A DNA stretch of 64,000 nt from Vicinamibacterales bacterium (lineage in GTDB: Bacteria > Acidobacteriota > Vicinamibacteria > Vicinamibacterales > CAVVIG01): positions 436-64,435 of the forward strand of contig DATLRO010000082.1 in assembly GCA_035534615.1 (NCBI GenBank). Reading direction: 5' to 3'. This document shows positions 46,521-55,990 of the stretch, piece after piece. The first letter of the stretch is position 1. Each line of letters opens with the position of its first letter. The position numbers and the translations under genes are program-made. Under the pieces are notes generated by a model, which saw only the letters and a list, made by a program, of their open reading frames with translations, made no database searches and had not been told where the DNA came from.

Positions 46521-48161
46521 ATGCCTGTCGCGGCCGCGTTCCGCTGGCTGTTCGATTCCAGAGACGGCGCCTCGAGCCGCCTGCTGCCCCGCTGGCTGTT
46601 CCTGCGCGCGCTCGGCCTGATCTACTGCTCCGCCTTCTTCGCGCTTCTCTTTCAGGTGCGCGGGCTGATCGGCGCGGACGGCATCCTGCCGGCGCGGGCC
46701 TACCTGCCGGCGGTCGCCCGCTCGCTCGGCGACGCCCGCCTCTGGTTCGCCCCGACCCTGCTCTGGCTCTCGAGCGGCAACGCGATGCTGATGGCGATCT
46801 GCGGGCTCGGCGCCATCGCGTCGCTGCTGCTCGTGGCCAATCTGTGGCCGCGCGGCATGCTGGCGATCTGCTTCGCCTGCTTCCTGTCGTTCGTCGCCGC
46901 CGCGCAGGACTTCTCCGCCTATCAGTCGGACGGAATGCTGCTGGCGGCCGGCTTCCTCGCGTTCTTCTTCGCCCCGCCAGGATTCCGGCCCGGCTGGGGC
47001 GAAGCGCACCCGCCGTCGCGCGCCACGCTGTTCCTGCTCCAGTGGGAATGGTTCCGGATCTACTTCGAGTCGGGCATCGCCAAGATCACCGGCGACCGGG
47101 AATGGCGTCGCCTGACGGCCATGGATCGGTACTACCAGAATGGTCCGCTGCCGACCTGGATCGGCTGGTACGCCCAGCATCTGCCGCACTGGTTCCAGGC
47201 CGCGACGACGCTGGCGACGCTCGTGCTCGAGCTGGTGGTGGTGCTGCTCCTCTTCGCACCCCGCCGCTTCCGCCTCGCCTGCTTCTTCATCGTCACGGGC
47301 TGGCAGGCGGGCGTCATTCTGACGGCCAACTACGCGTTCCTCAACTACCTGGTGCTCGTGCTCGGCGTGCTGCTCCTCGACGATGAATTCCTGGTGCGGT
47401 TCCTGCCGCGTACGTGGAAGCCGTACTTCCTCGTCTACTGCGCCGCCGCTCCTCGCAGCGGGGTGGCGACGACGGCAGAGGGCGACACGGGACCACCGGG
47501 TGCGCCCGACGCCGCGGACGCCGGCCTGCCGCGCGGCGCAGCGGTTCTGAGAAGGCTGCGGCTGTCGCTGACTGGCCTTCTGCTCCTCTGGATCTTCTAC
47601 GCGACATCGGCGCAGATGGCCTGGATGCTGTGGCCCGGGCTGCCGCTGCCGGCCGCGCCGGTCGACGTGCTCGCGCCGTTCCGGATCGCCAATCAGTACG
47701 GGCTGTTCGGCCGGATGACGCGGGGGCGGTACGAAATCGAGTTCCAGGGATCGAACGACGGGCAGACCTGGATTGCGTATCCGTTCCGCTACAAGCCGCA
47801 GGCGCTCGATGTCGCGCCGGGGATCTACGCGCCGTACCAGCCGCGTTTCGACTGGAACCTGTGGTTTGCCTCGCTCGCCTCATGGCGTGATTCGCCGTTC
47901 GTCGTCCAGACGGAGGAGCGGCTGCTGACCAGCGATCCGGACGTGCTTGCCCTGTTCGCCGGCAATCCGTTTCCGAGCGCGCCGCCGCGTGCCGTGCGCG
48001 TCGTGCTCTGGCGATACCGGTTCACCACGATGGCCGAAAAGCGGAAGGACGGCGACTGGTGGCGCCGCACGCTGGTTGGACTGTACGCCCCCACCCTGGT
48101 GCGCGAGCCCGACGGCCGGCTGACCGTCGCGGCGTGGCCGGACGTTCCCCCGCGGGAGTGA
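46521..48161 (+). CDS. Lipase maturation factor (LMF1/TMEM112) family membrane protein
   Basis: 546 aa. The N-terminal half is polytopic. The C-terminal block ANQYGLFGRMTRGRYEIEFQGSNDGQTWIAYPFRYKP...YAPYQPRFDWNLWFA...LFAGNPF follows the conserved LMF pattern that I recall from eukaryotic LMF1. Confidence 0.8.
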   Translation: MPVAAAFRWLFDSRDGASSRLLPRWLFLRALGLIYCSAFFALLFQVRGLIGADGILPARAYLPAVARSLGDARLWFAPTLLWLSSGNAMLMAICGLGAIASLLLVANLWPRGMLAICFACFLSFVAAAQDFSAYQSDGMLLAAGFLAFFFAPPGFRPGWGEAHPPSRATLFLLQWEWFRIYFESGIAKITGDREWRRLTAMDRYYQNGPLPTWIGWYAQHLPHWFQAATTLATLVLELVVVLLLFAPRRFRLACFFIVTGWQAGVILTANYAFLNYLVLVLGVLLLDDEFLVRFLPRTWKPYFLVYCAAAPRSGVATTAEGDTGPPGAPDAADAGLPRGAAVLRRLRLSLTGLLLLWIFYATSAQMAWMLWPGLPLPAAPVDVLAPFRIANQYGLFGRMTRGRYEIEFQGSNDGQTWIAYPFRYKPQALDVAPGIYAPYQPRFDWNLWFASLASWRDSPFVVQTEERLLTSDPDVLALFAGNPFPSAPPRAVRVVLWRYRFTTMAEKRKDGDWWRRTLVGLYAPTLVREPDGRLTVAAWPDVPPRE

Positions 48162-48224
48162 GCCGGGTCGCGGGCGCTCCCGGTGGCCGAGCGGACCGCC
48201 TCGCCTGCTCCGCGCCCCCGTTCC

Positions 48225-48935
48225 TCACCGGCTCACCTGAACGCTCAGCGGCGCCGTGAGCGAGGTCTCGACGACGCTGCCGACGAATCCCGGGTGATCG
48301 CCGGCGCTGAAATCACCCCCGACCGGCTGGCCGATCCGGAGTCGCGACGCATCGCGCCAGGGGCGCCAGCTCGCGGGCATGGTCCTGACCGCGTACACGC
48401 GGCTGCCGATCAGCACCCGATCGAACCGATATTCGACGACCGCCGGCTCCCTGCGTCCGCTGGAACGGGCGGCGGGCGACAGCACCGTCCCGACGACGAG
48501 ACTGCCGGCCGAGATGACGTCGAGGTCGCCCGCGTCGATCGAGCGGTTCAGCATCGCCTCCACCACGTCACCCGCCCGCAGACCGGCCGGATCGACCGGC
48601 GCAATCAGGGTCAGCCACAGTACCGTGCCGGCCGGGACCGTGAGCTGCGCCACCGCCGCCGCTCCGCCATCGACCGCCGGCACCTCCCGGCCCGCGTCGA
48701 TCACCTTCAGCGCGGTCACGTCGGCCCAATGCACCCTCAGGCGCCGGCGGGACGCGTCGTCAATCACCATCATGGTCGGCGTCACCCTGGTCACCTGGCC
48801 GTGAAGGAAGTCGCCGTTCCGGATCGTCAGCGCCACCTGATCGCCCGGCCGCACCGCGGCGGAGCCTGACGTGGCCGCGCGCCGGCAGCCCGCCAGCACG
48901 ATCACCAGGCCAAGGCAGATTGCATGTCGCCACAT
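48225..48935 (-). CDS. Hypothetical lipoprotein
   Basis: ORF 48225..49085 trimmed to MWRHAICLGLVIVLAGCRR... (236 aa; lipobox LAGC; RBS gggaggg). No family was recognised. Confidence 0.6.
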   Translation of the reverse strand: MWRHAICLGLVIVLAGCRRAATSGSAAVRPGDQVALTIRNGDFLHGQVTRVTPTMMVIDDASRRRLRVHWADVTALKVIDAGREVPAVDGGAAAVAQLTVPAGTVLWLTLIAPVDPAGLRAGDVVEAMLNRSIDAGDLDVISAGSLVVGTVLSPAARSSGRREPAVVEYRFDRVLIGSRVYAVRTMPASWRPWRDASRLRIGQPVGGDFSAGDHPGFVGSVVETSLTAPLSVQVSR

Positions 48936-49456
48936 ACCGCCCTCCCACCGTGCCGTGTTCGCGAACGCTGCGAGCACGGCACGTGTCGCCTCTCGCAATG
49001 GATGTGCCGGGGCCTTCCTCCGCTGGAGGGCGGTACCGTCGCCCGAAGTCACGTCGCGGCGGGTCAGAACGTCTGTGGCCGGCAATTTCTTCCTCCTGGA
49101 AACGGCGCGATACCAGGTGTCGGCTCGCCCCTGACGCCACGCCGCTTCGCGCGCTTCCGGAGCGCTCCTGTCTGCGCCGTGCGGCCAACGTCAGGAGAAT
49201 GGTGCGGTTGGACAGCAAACGACGAGCGGCCGGCCCCTCGAGAGCCGGGGATCCCTCGGGGTCCCAGCGCCGGCCGCTCTTCGGCCCTGTCGTGCAGATG
49301 TCATGCCGCGCGGCCACGGAGCCGCCTGGCTGCAGCGCCGCCGGCGGCACTTCGGACTCGATTGGCCCGAGGTGGAGGCGGCAGCATCGTCCGTCGTATG
49401 ATCGGGCACGATCAGCGGCGGGCCGATTCGCCCGTCGCGCACCACGGACCGCCCTG

Positions 49457-50233
49457 ATGACGCTTCCCGAACGGCTGCGCACCGGATCCCCGCTCGTCAC
49501 GACCTTCTCGATGATCGCCTCACCGATGATCGTCGAGCTGCTGGCCCGCGCCGGCTTCGACGCGGTGGTGCTCGATGCCGAGCACGGGCCGCTCGGTCCC
49601 GAGAGCCTGAACGTCCTGATTCCGGCCGCGCGCGCCGCGAACCTGCCGCCGATCGTCCGCGTGCGGGCCAACGAACCCTCGCTCATCGGGGCGGCGCTCG
49701 ACGTCGGCGCGGCCGGGGTCATCGTGCCGCAGATCGAGTCGGCGGCGGCCGCGGCCGCGGCGGTGTCGGCCGCGCGGTTCGCACCGGACGGCCGGCGCGG
49801 CGTCAACCCGTACGTGCGCGCCGCCGGCTACGCCGCCGGGGTGGAGTGGTACCCGCAGGCCAACCGCGAGACGGCGGTGCTGGTGATGGTGGAAGGGGCC
49901 GCGGGCATCGCGGCGCTGCCGGAGATCCTGGCGGTGCCGGGGCTCGACGGCATCTTCATCGGCCCGTTCGATCTGTCGCAGGCGCTCGGCCGGCCGGGCG
50001 ACGTGGAGCATCCGGAGGTGGTCGCGCGCGTGACCGCCATCGTGGCGGCCGCGCAGGCGCGACACGTCGCCACCGGCATCTTCGCGCCGACGCCAGCGCT
50101 GGCCCGGCGGTGGCTGGATCTCGGCGTGCGGCTGGTGGCGGTCAGCTTCGACACGGCGCTCGCGCTCGACGGCTTCCGGGCCGCGCGGCAGGCGGTGCGC
50201 GGCCCCGGCGACACGCCGCGCGTCCTGCCGTGA
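49457..50233 (+). CDS. HpcH/HpaI-family 2-keto-3-deoxy-acid aldolase
   Basis: ORF 48920..50233 trimmed to MTLPERLRTGSPLVTTF... (258 aa). Motifs DAVVLDAEHGP, IVRV, GVIVPQIES and IFIGPFDLS are typical of the family. Confidence 0.8.
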   Translation: MTLPERLRTGSPLVTTFSMIASPMIVELLARAGFDAVVLDAEHGPLGPESLNVLIPAARAANLPPIVRVRANEPSLIGAALDVGAAGVIVPQIESAAAAAAAVSAARFAPDGRRGVNPYVRAAGYAAGVEWYPQANRETAVLVMVEGAAGIAALPEILAVPGLDGIFIGPFDLSQALGRPGDVEHPEVVARVTAIVAAAQARHVATGIFAPTPALARRWLDLGVRLVAVSFDTALALDGFRAARQAVRGPGDTPRVLP

Positions 50234-50333
50234 CCGGGCCGCTCGGGCCGCGGACGGGTGGGCGCCGCTCCAGCAAAAAGGGGCGCGAGGCTTGCGCCCC
50301 GCGCCCCTGCTCCGCCTCGCGTCGAGGAACGAC

Positions 50334-51281
50334 CTACTTCGTGAACTGCCCGTTCAACTCCATGTAGACGCGCTTGACCGCGACGTTGCCCAGCGGTCCC
50401 GACATCGGCCACGACGCGTACGGCCCCCACTTGACCTGCTTCAGCGCCTGGTCCAGGGTGAGCCCCTTCTTGTGCAGGGCGGTCACGTCCTTGATGACAT
50501 AGGCCATGGAGGTCACGAACTGCTCGAAGTCCCGGCGCGACTGCGGACCGGCGATGATCCGGCCGTGCGCCGGCACGTAGGTCCGCACCTGCTTCATCGC
50601 CAGCAGCTTCCTCGCCGTGGCCAGCCACTCGGTCGGCACCGCCGAGCGCATGGCCGGGAAGACGTGATTCAGGTACACCTCGCTCGTTGCCATGATCCGC
50701 TCTTTCGGCAGGTATATCTCGAGGTCGCCGCCGGTATGCCCCGGCCCCACGAACATGATCTCGACCTTCTCCCCACCAAGATCCAGCACCTTCTCGTGCG
50801 GCACGAGGACGGCATCGGCCGGCAGCTTCCACGAGCCGGGCTTGAAGCGGGGCGAGGCCTCCTCCTTCTCCAGTATCGCCTTCGAGATCGGGCTGATGTA
50901 GAAGGTCACACCGGCGGGATAGGCATCGTCGCCCCCGGTGTGGTCGCCATGGTTCGAGCCGATGACGACCCACTTGATGGGCTTGGGCGTGATCTTCGCG
51001 ATCTCGTCCACGATCTCCTTCGTCGCGGCCGGATTCCCCATGCCGTCAGTCACCAGCACGCCGTCCTTCGTCACGACGAACATCACACCGGTACTGAAAA
51101 GGCCGCGATCGATCGACTGCATTTCTTCATAGCCGTATACGTTCGGCGCGAGCTTCGTGAGACGGGGGTAGCCCGGTTTCGGCACGGACACACTCGCAGC
51201 CGACGGGGCCTGCGCGGCGGCCGGCGCCGCCACCAGCGCCAGGCAGGCCAGCGCGAGAAGACCATTGCTGAGTTGCTTCAT
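50334..51281 (-). CDS. Secreted MBL-fold metallo-hydrolase
   Basis: ORF 50334..51395 trimmed to MKQLSNGLLALACLALVAAPAAAQA... (315 aa). It has a variant HxHxDH motif (SNHGDHTGG), later PGHTGGD, and a distal His (PAHG). Confidence 0.8.
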   Translation of the reverse strand: MKQLSNGLLALACLALVAAPAAAQAPSAASVSVPKPGYPRLTKLAPNVYGYEEMQSIDRGLFSTGVMFVVTKDGVLVTDGMGNPAATKEIVDEIAKITPKPIKWVVIGSNHGDHTGGDDAYPAGVTFYISPISKAILEKEEASPRFKPGSWKLPADAVLVPHEKVLDLGGEKVEIMFVGPGHTGGDLEIYLPKERIMATSEVYLNHVFPAMRSAVPTEWLATARKLLAMKQVRTYVPAHGRIIAGPQSRRDFEQFVTSMAYVIKDVTALHKKGLTLDQALKQVKWGPYASWPMSGPLGNVAVKRVYMELNGQFTK

Positions 51282-51496
51282 GACGGATGCTCTCCTGGGT
51301 CGACGGAACATGCAGAATGACCAACCGCCGGATATTACCGGTCTGGAGGGAACTGTCAAGCGGGAGGGGGCCGTCCGCGGGCGGCGGCAAAACACACGGG
51401 CCTGCCCGCGACAGGCCCGTGTCGAGCGTCCAAAGGTTCATCGCCGTCCGGCCGGCGCTCTCGACCGGCAAGGCCGGGCGGACCGGGCGGACATCA

Positions 51497-52093
51497 TTAC
51501 TTGGGCATGTGGCCGGGATGGCCGAGATCCTTGGCCCCGATCTGGACGTCCACGCCGTTCGGATCCTTCACGTGGAAGCTGTCCGAATCCTTCCGCGGGT
51601 TCAAGCCGTACTTCTTCAGCTCGGCTTCCATCGCGTCGGCGTTGAAGTTGTCGACCCCCATCATGAAGTGGGTGATCACCCCGGTCGGCTGGTTCGGCCG
51701 GAACGGCGGCCGGATCACCAGCATGCTCTCACCGAAGCCGAGGAAGGCCCCGTGCGGATCGCTGTGCCAGTCCTGCAGGTTGAACAGGTTCTGGTACCAC
51801 ATCTTGGACTCGTCCAGGTTCTTGACGGTGATGGCGATGTGGTTCACCGTCGTGGCATGAATGTCGGACGGGCCGAGGCGCTTCGCGGCCGCGAGGATCT
51901 CCGCCGCGGGCGGCTCGGGAATCCGTTTCATGCCCATGCCGCGCCCCGCGGGAGGCTGCGCCGCGTCGGCCGAGGCCGCGCCCACGCCCGCAATCGCGCC
52001 GCCCGCCAGCATCGCGAGCCCGCGCACGAGCTGCCGTCGCGAAAGGGTCCCCTTTTCGTAGCCCTGAATCAGATCGGAAATCGTCCGCTCCAT
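51497..52093 (-). CDS. TAT-exported VOC (glyoxalase/bleomycin-resistance/dioxygenase) family protein
   Basis: ORF 51497..52120 trimmed to MERTISDLIQGYEKGTLSRRQLVRGLAMLAGGAIAG... (198 aa; twin-Arg-like signal). VOC-like block VNHIAITVKNLDESKMWY. Confidence 0.7.
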   Translation of the reverse strand: MERTISDLIQGYEKGTLSRRQLVRGLAMLAGGAIAGVGAASADAAQPPAGRGMGMKRIPEPPAAEILAAAKRLGPSDIHATTVNHIAITVKNLDESKMWYQNLFNLQDWHSDPHGAFLGFGESMLVIRPPFRPNQPTGVITHFMMGVDNFNADAMEAELKKYGLNPRKDSDSFHVKDPNGVDVQIGAKDLGHPGHMPK

Positions 52094-52226
52094 GCCTCTC
52101 CTCCAGACTGGTCCCGCCATACCGATATCGCGGATGCGACAATTCGAGAATGGCCGGCCAAGGTGCCCTCACCCTACCTCGCGCCGCGACCGACCGTCAA
52201 ACAGATCCGCCTCAGGGAGGGCACCG

Positions 52227-52880
52227 CTAATACCGCCGCTTCTGCTGCCGCACGATGTCGAACTTGGCCGTGTCGGCGATCGCCATCACGGCCATGACCC
52301 CCGCCTGCACCGGGTCGGAGACGACCAGGTCGGCCGCCTCGGGCACGCTGCCGGCCATGTTCAGGGAGATGACGAGCATCCCCTTCGCCCGCACCTCTTC
52401 GACCGCCCGCGTAATCTCGCCGCCCATCAGCGACCCGGCCAGCACCAGGAGCCGCACGCGCGGCAGCCGGACCACGGCGCGCACGGCCGCGGCCAGCTCC
52501 TGCTCGCCGACGAGCGGAATCGTGTCGATCGAGATCCGTTCGCCGCGGATGTTGTGCCGATCGGCTTCCGTGATCGCCCCCATCGCGACCTGCCCGACCT
52601 GGGCTCCGCCCCCCATGACGATGATCCGCTTGCCGTAGATCTTCGACATCGACGGCGTCGCCCGCACGTCCTTCACCCCCGGCACCCTGCCGAGGTCGTC
52701 CAGCACCGGCTCCGCGGCCCCGCCGACGGCGATCTCCAGGAAGACCTCCGCATCCCGATCCGGATGCGGGATCAGATCCACATAGCTGATGTTGGCCTCG
52801 TGCTCGGCCAGGACCCGGGTGATGGCGAACAGCATGCCGGGACGGTCGGATACGGTCAGCAGAATCGCGTGCGTCGTCAT
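52227..52880 (-). CDS. ACT-domain protein with a C-terminal Rossmann-like domain
   Basis: ORF 52227..53282 trimmed to MTTHAILLTVSDRPGMLFAITRVLAEHEANISYVDL... (217 aa). An ACT fold signature is followed by KRIIVMGGGAQVGQVA. Confidence 0.7.
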   Translation of the reverse strand: MTTHAILLTVSDRPGMLFAITRVLAEHEANISYVDLIPHPDRDAEVFLEIAVGGAAEPVLDDLGRVPGVKDVRATPSMSKIYGKRIIVMGGGAQVGQVAMGAITEADRHNIRGERISIDTIPLVGEQELAAAVRAVVRLPRVRLLVLAGSLMGGEITRAVEEVRAKGMLVISLNMAGSVPEAADLVVSDPVQAGVMAVMAIADTAKFDIVRQQKRRY

Positions 52881-53391
52881 GGTCGGTGCAGCGCTCGGGC
52901 GCGGGTGGCAAGCAGGGCCGCCGGGCGTCGGACATCCGGCGGCGCGGACGGGACCTCGCTTTAAAGTAGCACGCCCCGTCTGCACGCCGCCCGCCGCCCT
53001 CACGGCGTCCGGCCCGTGCGAGGGCGTCCGCCGCCGGCCGGCCGCATGCCGCCAACCGGACGTGACATGATGCGCACAGGAGCGGCCATGCGCCGCCATC
53101 ATCGTCGCGATGGTCATGCTGGGCGTGTCGCTCAATTTTCGTCCTGACGTATCCGGCTGAACCTGAAGCCGCCCGAGACGGAGTTCGAGCGACACGTCCT
53201 GCTGCGGTTCTTCCACGCTCGTGGAAATCGTGAAGCGGCGGCTGGCGCCCGCCCTGGCCGCGGCCTCGGGGATCTGAGCCACGCGGACCGCCGCGGCGGA
53301 GGGTGGTTCGTCCCGTGGTAGGATAACCTGTGGTACGTCGAGACCTTCTGACGGTCAACCAGCTCGACCGTTGAGGCGCCTCGACCTTCCG

Positions 53392-53913
53392 ATGGCACTC
53401 TTCACCCGCCTCCTGCCTTCCACCGTCACCGAGCCGCTCGGCGCCGGCGAACACGACGCCCTTCACGTCGCGCGCGAGATCGATCGCCGGGCGCAGCGCC
53501 TCTTCGGGCGCGCGCTGGCCATCCGCGAAGTGGACGCCGGGTCGTGCAACGGCTGCGAGATTGAAATCAGCGGCCTGACCGGGCCGATCTACGACATGGA
53601 GCGGTTCGGCATGCATTTCGTCGCGTCGCCGCGCCATGCCGATCTCCTGCTGGTCACCGGGCCGGTCACCCGCAACATGGAGGTGCCGCTCCGGAAGACG
53701 TACGAGGCCACACCCGATCCGAAGCTCGTCGTGGCGGTCGGCGACTGCGCACGGACCTGCGGGGTCTTCCGCGGGAGCTACGCCGTCGCCGGCGGCGTGG
53801 GCGACATCGTGCCGGTCGATGTGTTCGTCGCCGGCTGCCCTCCCGAACCGACCGACATCCTGCGCGGCATCCTCGCCGCGCTCGACCGCCGGATCCCCGA
53901 AGTGAGTCGCTGA
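53392..53913 (+). CDS. NuoB/HycG/EchC-like small subunit ([4Fe-4S] N2-type cluster) of a group-4-hydrogenase-related membrane complex
   Basis: ORF 53371..53913 trimmed to MALFTRLLPS... (173 aa). All four cluster ligand positions are present: GSCNGCE (2 Cys), GDCARTCG and AGCPP. Confidence 0.88.
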   Translation: MALFTRLLPSTVTEPLGAGEHDALHVAREIDRRAQRLFGRALAIREVDAGSCNGCEIEISGLTGPIYDMERFGMHFVASPRHADLLLVTGPVTRNMEVPLRKTYEATPDPKLVVAVGDCARTCGVFRGSYAVAGGVGDIVPVDVFVAGCPPEPTDILRGILAALDRRIPEVSR

Positions 53914-53914
53914 C

Positions 53915-55990
53915 ATGCCTTCGGCGCTCTGGCTGGCGCGTGCGGTGATGCTGGCGTACGCCTTCGGGGCGGTCGGCGCGCTCGTCAGCCGCGGCCGCGC
54001 CGGCCGGGCGCTCGGTGCCGCCGGCGCGCTGGCCGGGTCGCTGGCCGTGCTGTGCCTGGGCGTTCTCGTCCTGGCGGGAGGCACGCCCCTTCCGCTCCCC
54101 TCTCTCGTCTTCCCGATCAGCGGGGTCCTGCTGCGCGTCGACTCCCTCAGCGCCGTCTTCCTGCTGATCATCGGCCTGGTGGGGAGCGCGGCCGCGGTCT
54201 ATGGCTACGGGTATTCCGCGCCGGCGCCCGGTCATCCGGTCGAACCGGCGACCGGCGGCGGGGCCGGCGGTCCACGGCCCCATCCGGACCCGCGGGCGAT
54301 GGGCACGCTGCTGAATCTGCTGCTGGCCACGATGACGCTCCAGGTGCTCGCCGACAACGCGTTCACCTTCCTGTTCGCCTGGGAAGCCATGTCGCTGGCC
54401 ACGTGCCTGTTCGTGCTCACCGATGCCGCCGATCCGGAAGCGGTGCGGGCGGCCCGCTGGTACCTCGGCATGAGCCACGCCGGCTTCGCCGCGCTGGTCG
54501 GCCTGCTGCTCCTGCTGTCGGGCGGCGACCTGACCATCCCGTTCGAGGTGGTGCGCCAGGCGACGCTCACGGCGGGCGTCCGGGACGCGGTCTTTCTGCT
54601 GGCCGTGTTCGCGTTCGGCACCAAGGCCGGCCTCGTGCCGCTGCACGTCTGGCTGCCGATGGCCCATCCGGTGGCCCCGAGCCAGGCGTCGGCGCTGATG
54701 TCGGCCGTCGTCCTGAAGATGGGGATTTACGGGCTGCTGCGGATCGTCGTCGATCTGATGCACGGCGGCCCGGCGTGGTGGGGCGGCGTGCTGCTCGGCG
54801 CCGGTGCGCTGTCGGCCGTCTTCGGCATCCTGTACGCGCTGCTCGAATCCGACTTGAAGCGGCTGCTCGCGTTTTCCTCGATCGAGAACATCGGCATCAT
54901 CTGGATGGCGATCGGCGCCGGGCTGATCTTCCTGAGTTACGGGCTCCTGCTGCCCGCCTCGGTGGCCTTCGCGGGCGCGCTGTACCACGCCCTGAATCAC
55001 GCCGCGTTCAAGGGGCTGCTGTTCATGGGCGCCGGCGCCGTGCAGCGGTCGACCGGGACGCGCAACATGGAGCGGCTCGGCGGCCTCATCGGCACGATGC
55101 CGTGGACCGCCGGGCTGTTTCTGATCGGCGCGGCCGCCGTCGCGGCGCTGCCGCCGCTGAACGGCTTCGCGTCGGAATGGCTGATCTTCCAGGCCCTGCT
55201 CGAGGGGTTCCGGATTCCGCAGCCGTCGACGGCGCTGCTCATGCCGATTGCCGTCGGCATCCTCGCCCTGGCCAGCGGCCTGACGGCCGCCTGCTTCGTC
55301 AAGGCGTTCGGCATCACGTTTCTCGCGATTCCGCGCTCGCCGGCCGCCGAACGGGCGTCAGAGGCGCCGTTCTCGATGCGCGCCGGCATGGCCCTGCTGG
55401 CCGCCGCATGCATCGCGCTCGGGCTGGGGCCGTTCGTCGTGGTGCCGCGGCTCAGCGGCGCGCTGGAGGCCATGGGCCTCACCGCCCCGGGACCGCCCTC
55501 CCCGCCGCTCGTCACGCGGCCCCTGGGCATCGCGGGCACCACCGGCCAGATGTCGCCCGTCCTGCTGGCGGCCGGCCTGCTCGGGATCGTCGCGCTCGTC
55601 CACATCGGCCTCCGGCTCGCCGGGGCGCGGGCGCCCGTCCGGCGGGTGGATGCCTGGGGCTGCGGCCGGATCCGGCAGACGCCGCGGATGCAGTACACGT
55701 CGGCGGCGTTCGCGGAGCCGCTGCGGCGCGTGTTCGCCGAGCTGTATCGGCCGACCGACGATCTCACGGTGCACGTGCACCCGGCCTCCGAATACTTCGT
55801 GCAGTCGATCGAATACCACGCGGCCGTCAGCCCGTGGATCGATCGGTTGATCTACCGTCCGATGCTCGGGCTCCTGACCCGGATCGCCGGCCGGGTACGG
55901 GCGATGCAGGGCGGGTCGCTGCACCTGTACCTGCTGTACCTCTGCGTGGCGCTGCTGGTGGCGCTGCTCGCGTCACGGTGGCTGGGATGA
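53915..55990 (+). CDS. HyfB/HycC-like (NuoL-type) antiporter-like membrane subunit
   Basis: 691 aa and polytopic. Proton-conducting membrane transporter motifs (FAFGTKAGLVPLHVWLPMAHPVAPSQASALMSAV; LAFSSIENIG). It starts 1 nt after the small-subunit stop. Confidence 0.88.
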   Translation: MPSALWLARAVMLAYAFGAVGALVSRGRAGRALGAAGALAGSLAVLCLGVLVLAGGTPLPLPSLVFPISGVLLRVDSLSAVFLLIIGLVGSAAAVYGYGYSAPAPGHPVEPATGGGAGGPRPHPDPRAMGTLLNLLLATMTLQVLADNAFTFLFAWEAMSLATCLFVLTDAADPEAVRAARWYLGMSHAGFAALVGLLLLLSGGDLTIPFEVVRQATLTAGVRDAVFLLAVFAFGTKAGLVPLHVWLPMAHPVAPSQASALMSAVVLKMGIYGLLRIVVDLMHGGPAWWGGVLLGAGALSAVFGILYALLESDLKRLLAFSSIENIGIIWMAIGAGLIFLSYGLLLPASVAFAGALYHALNHAAFKGLLFMGAGAVQRSTGTRNMERLGGLIGTMPWTAGLFLIGAAAVAALPPLNGFASEWLIFQALLEGFRIPQPSTALLMPIAVGILALASGLTAACFVKAFGITFLAIPRSPAAERASEAPFSMRAGMALLAAACIALGLGPFVVVPRLSGALEAMGLTAPGPPSPPLVTRPLGIAGTTGQMSPVLLAAGLLGIVALVHIGLRLAGARAPVRRVDAWGCGRIRQTPRMQYTSAAFAEPLRRVFAELYRPTDDLTVHVHPASEYFVQSIEYHAAVSPWIDRLIYRPMLGLLTRIAGRVRAMQGGSLHLYLLYLCVALLVALLASRWLG

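Noticed and set aside
49215-49226. The string gcaaacgacgag, resembling the start of a tmRNA tag-coding region (A-N-D-E...), inside the 520-bp gap.
   Set aside because: The frame continues for more than 60 codons without a stop. No tRNA-like acceptor or T-arm (GGTTCGAATCC-type) and no 3' CCA context are visible nearby.
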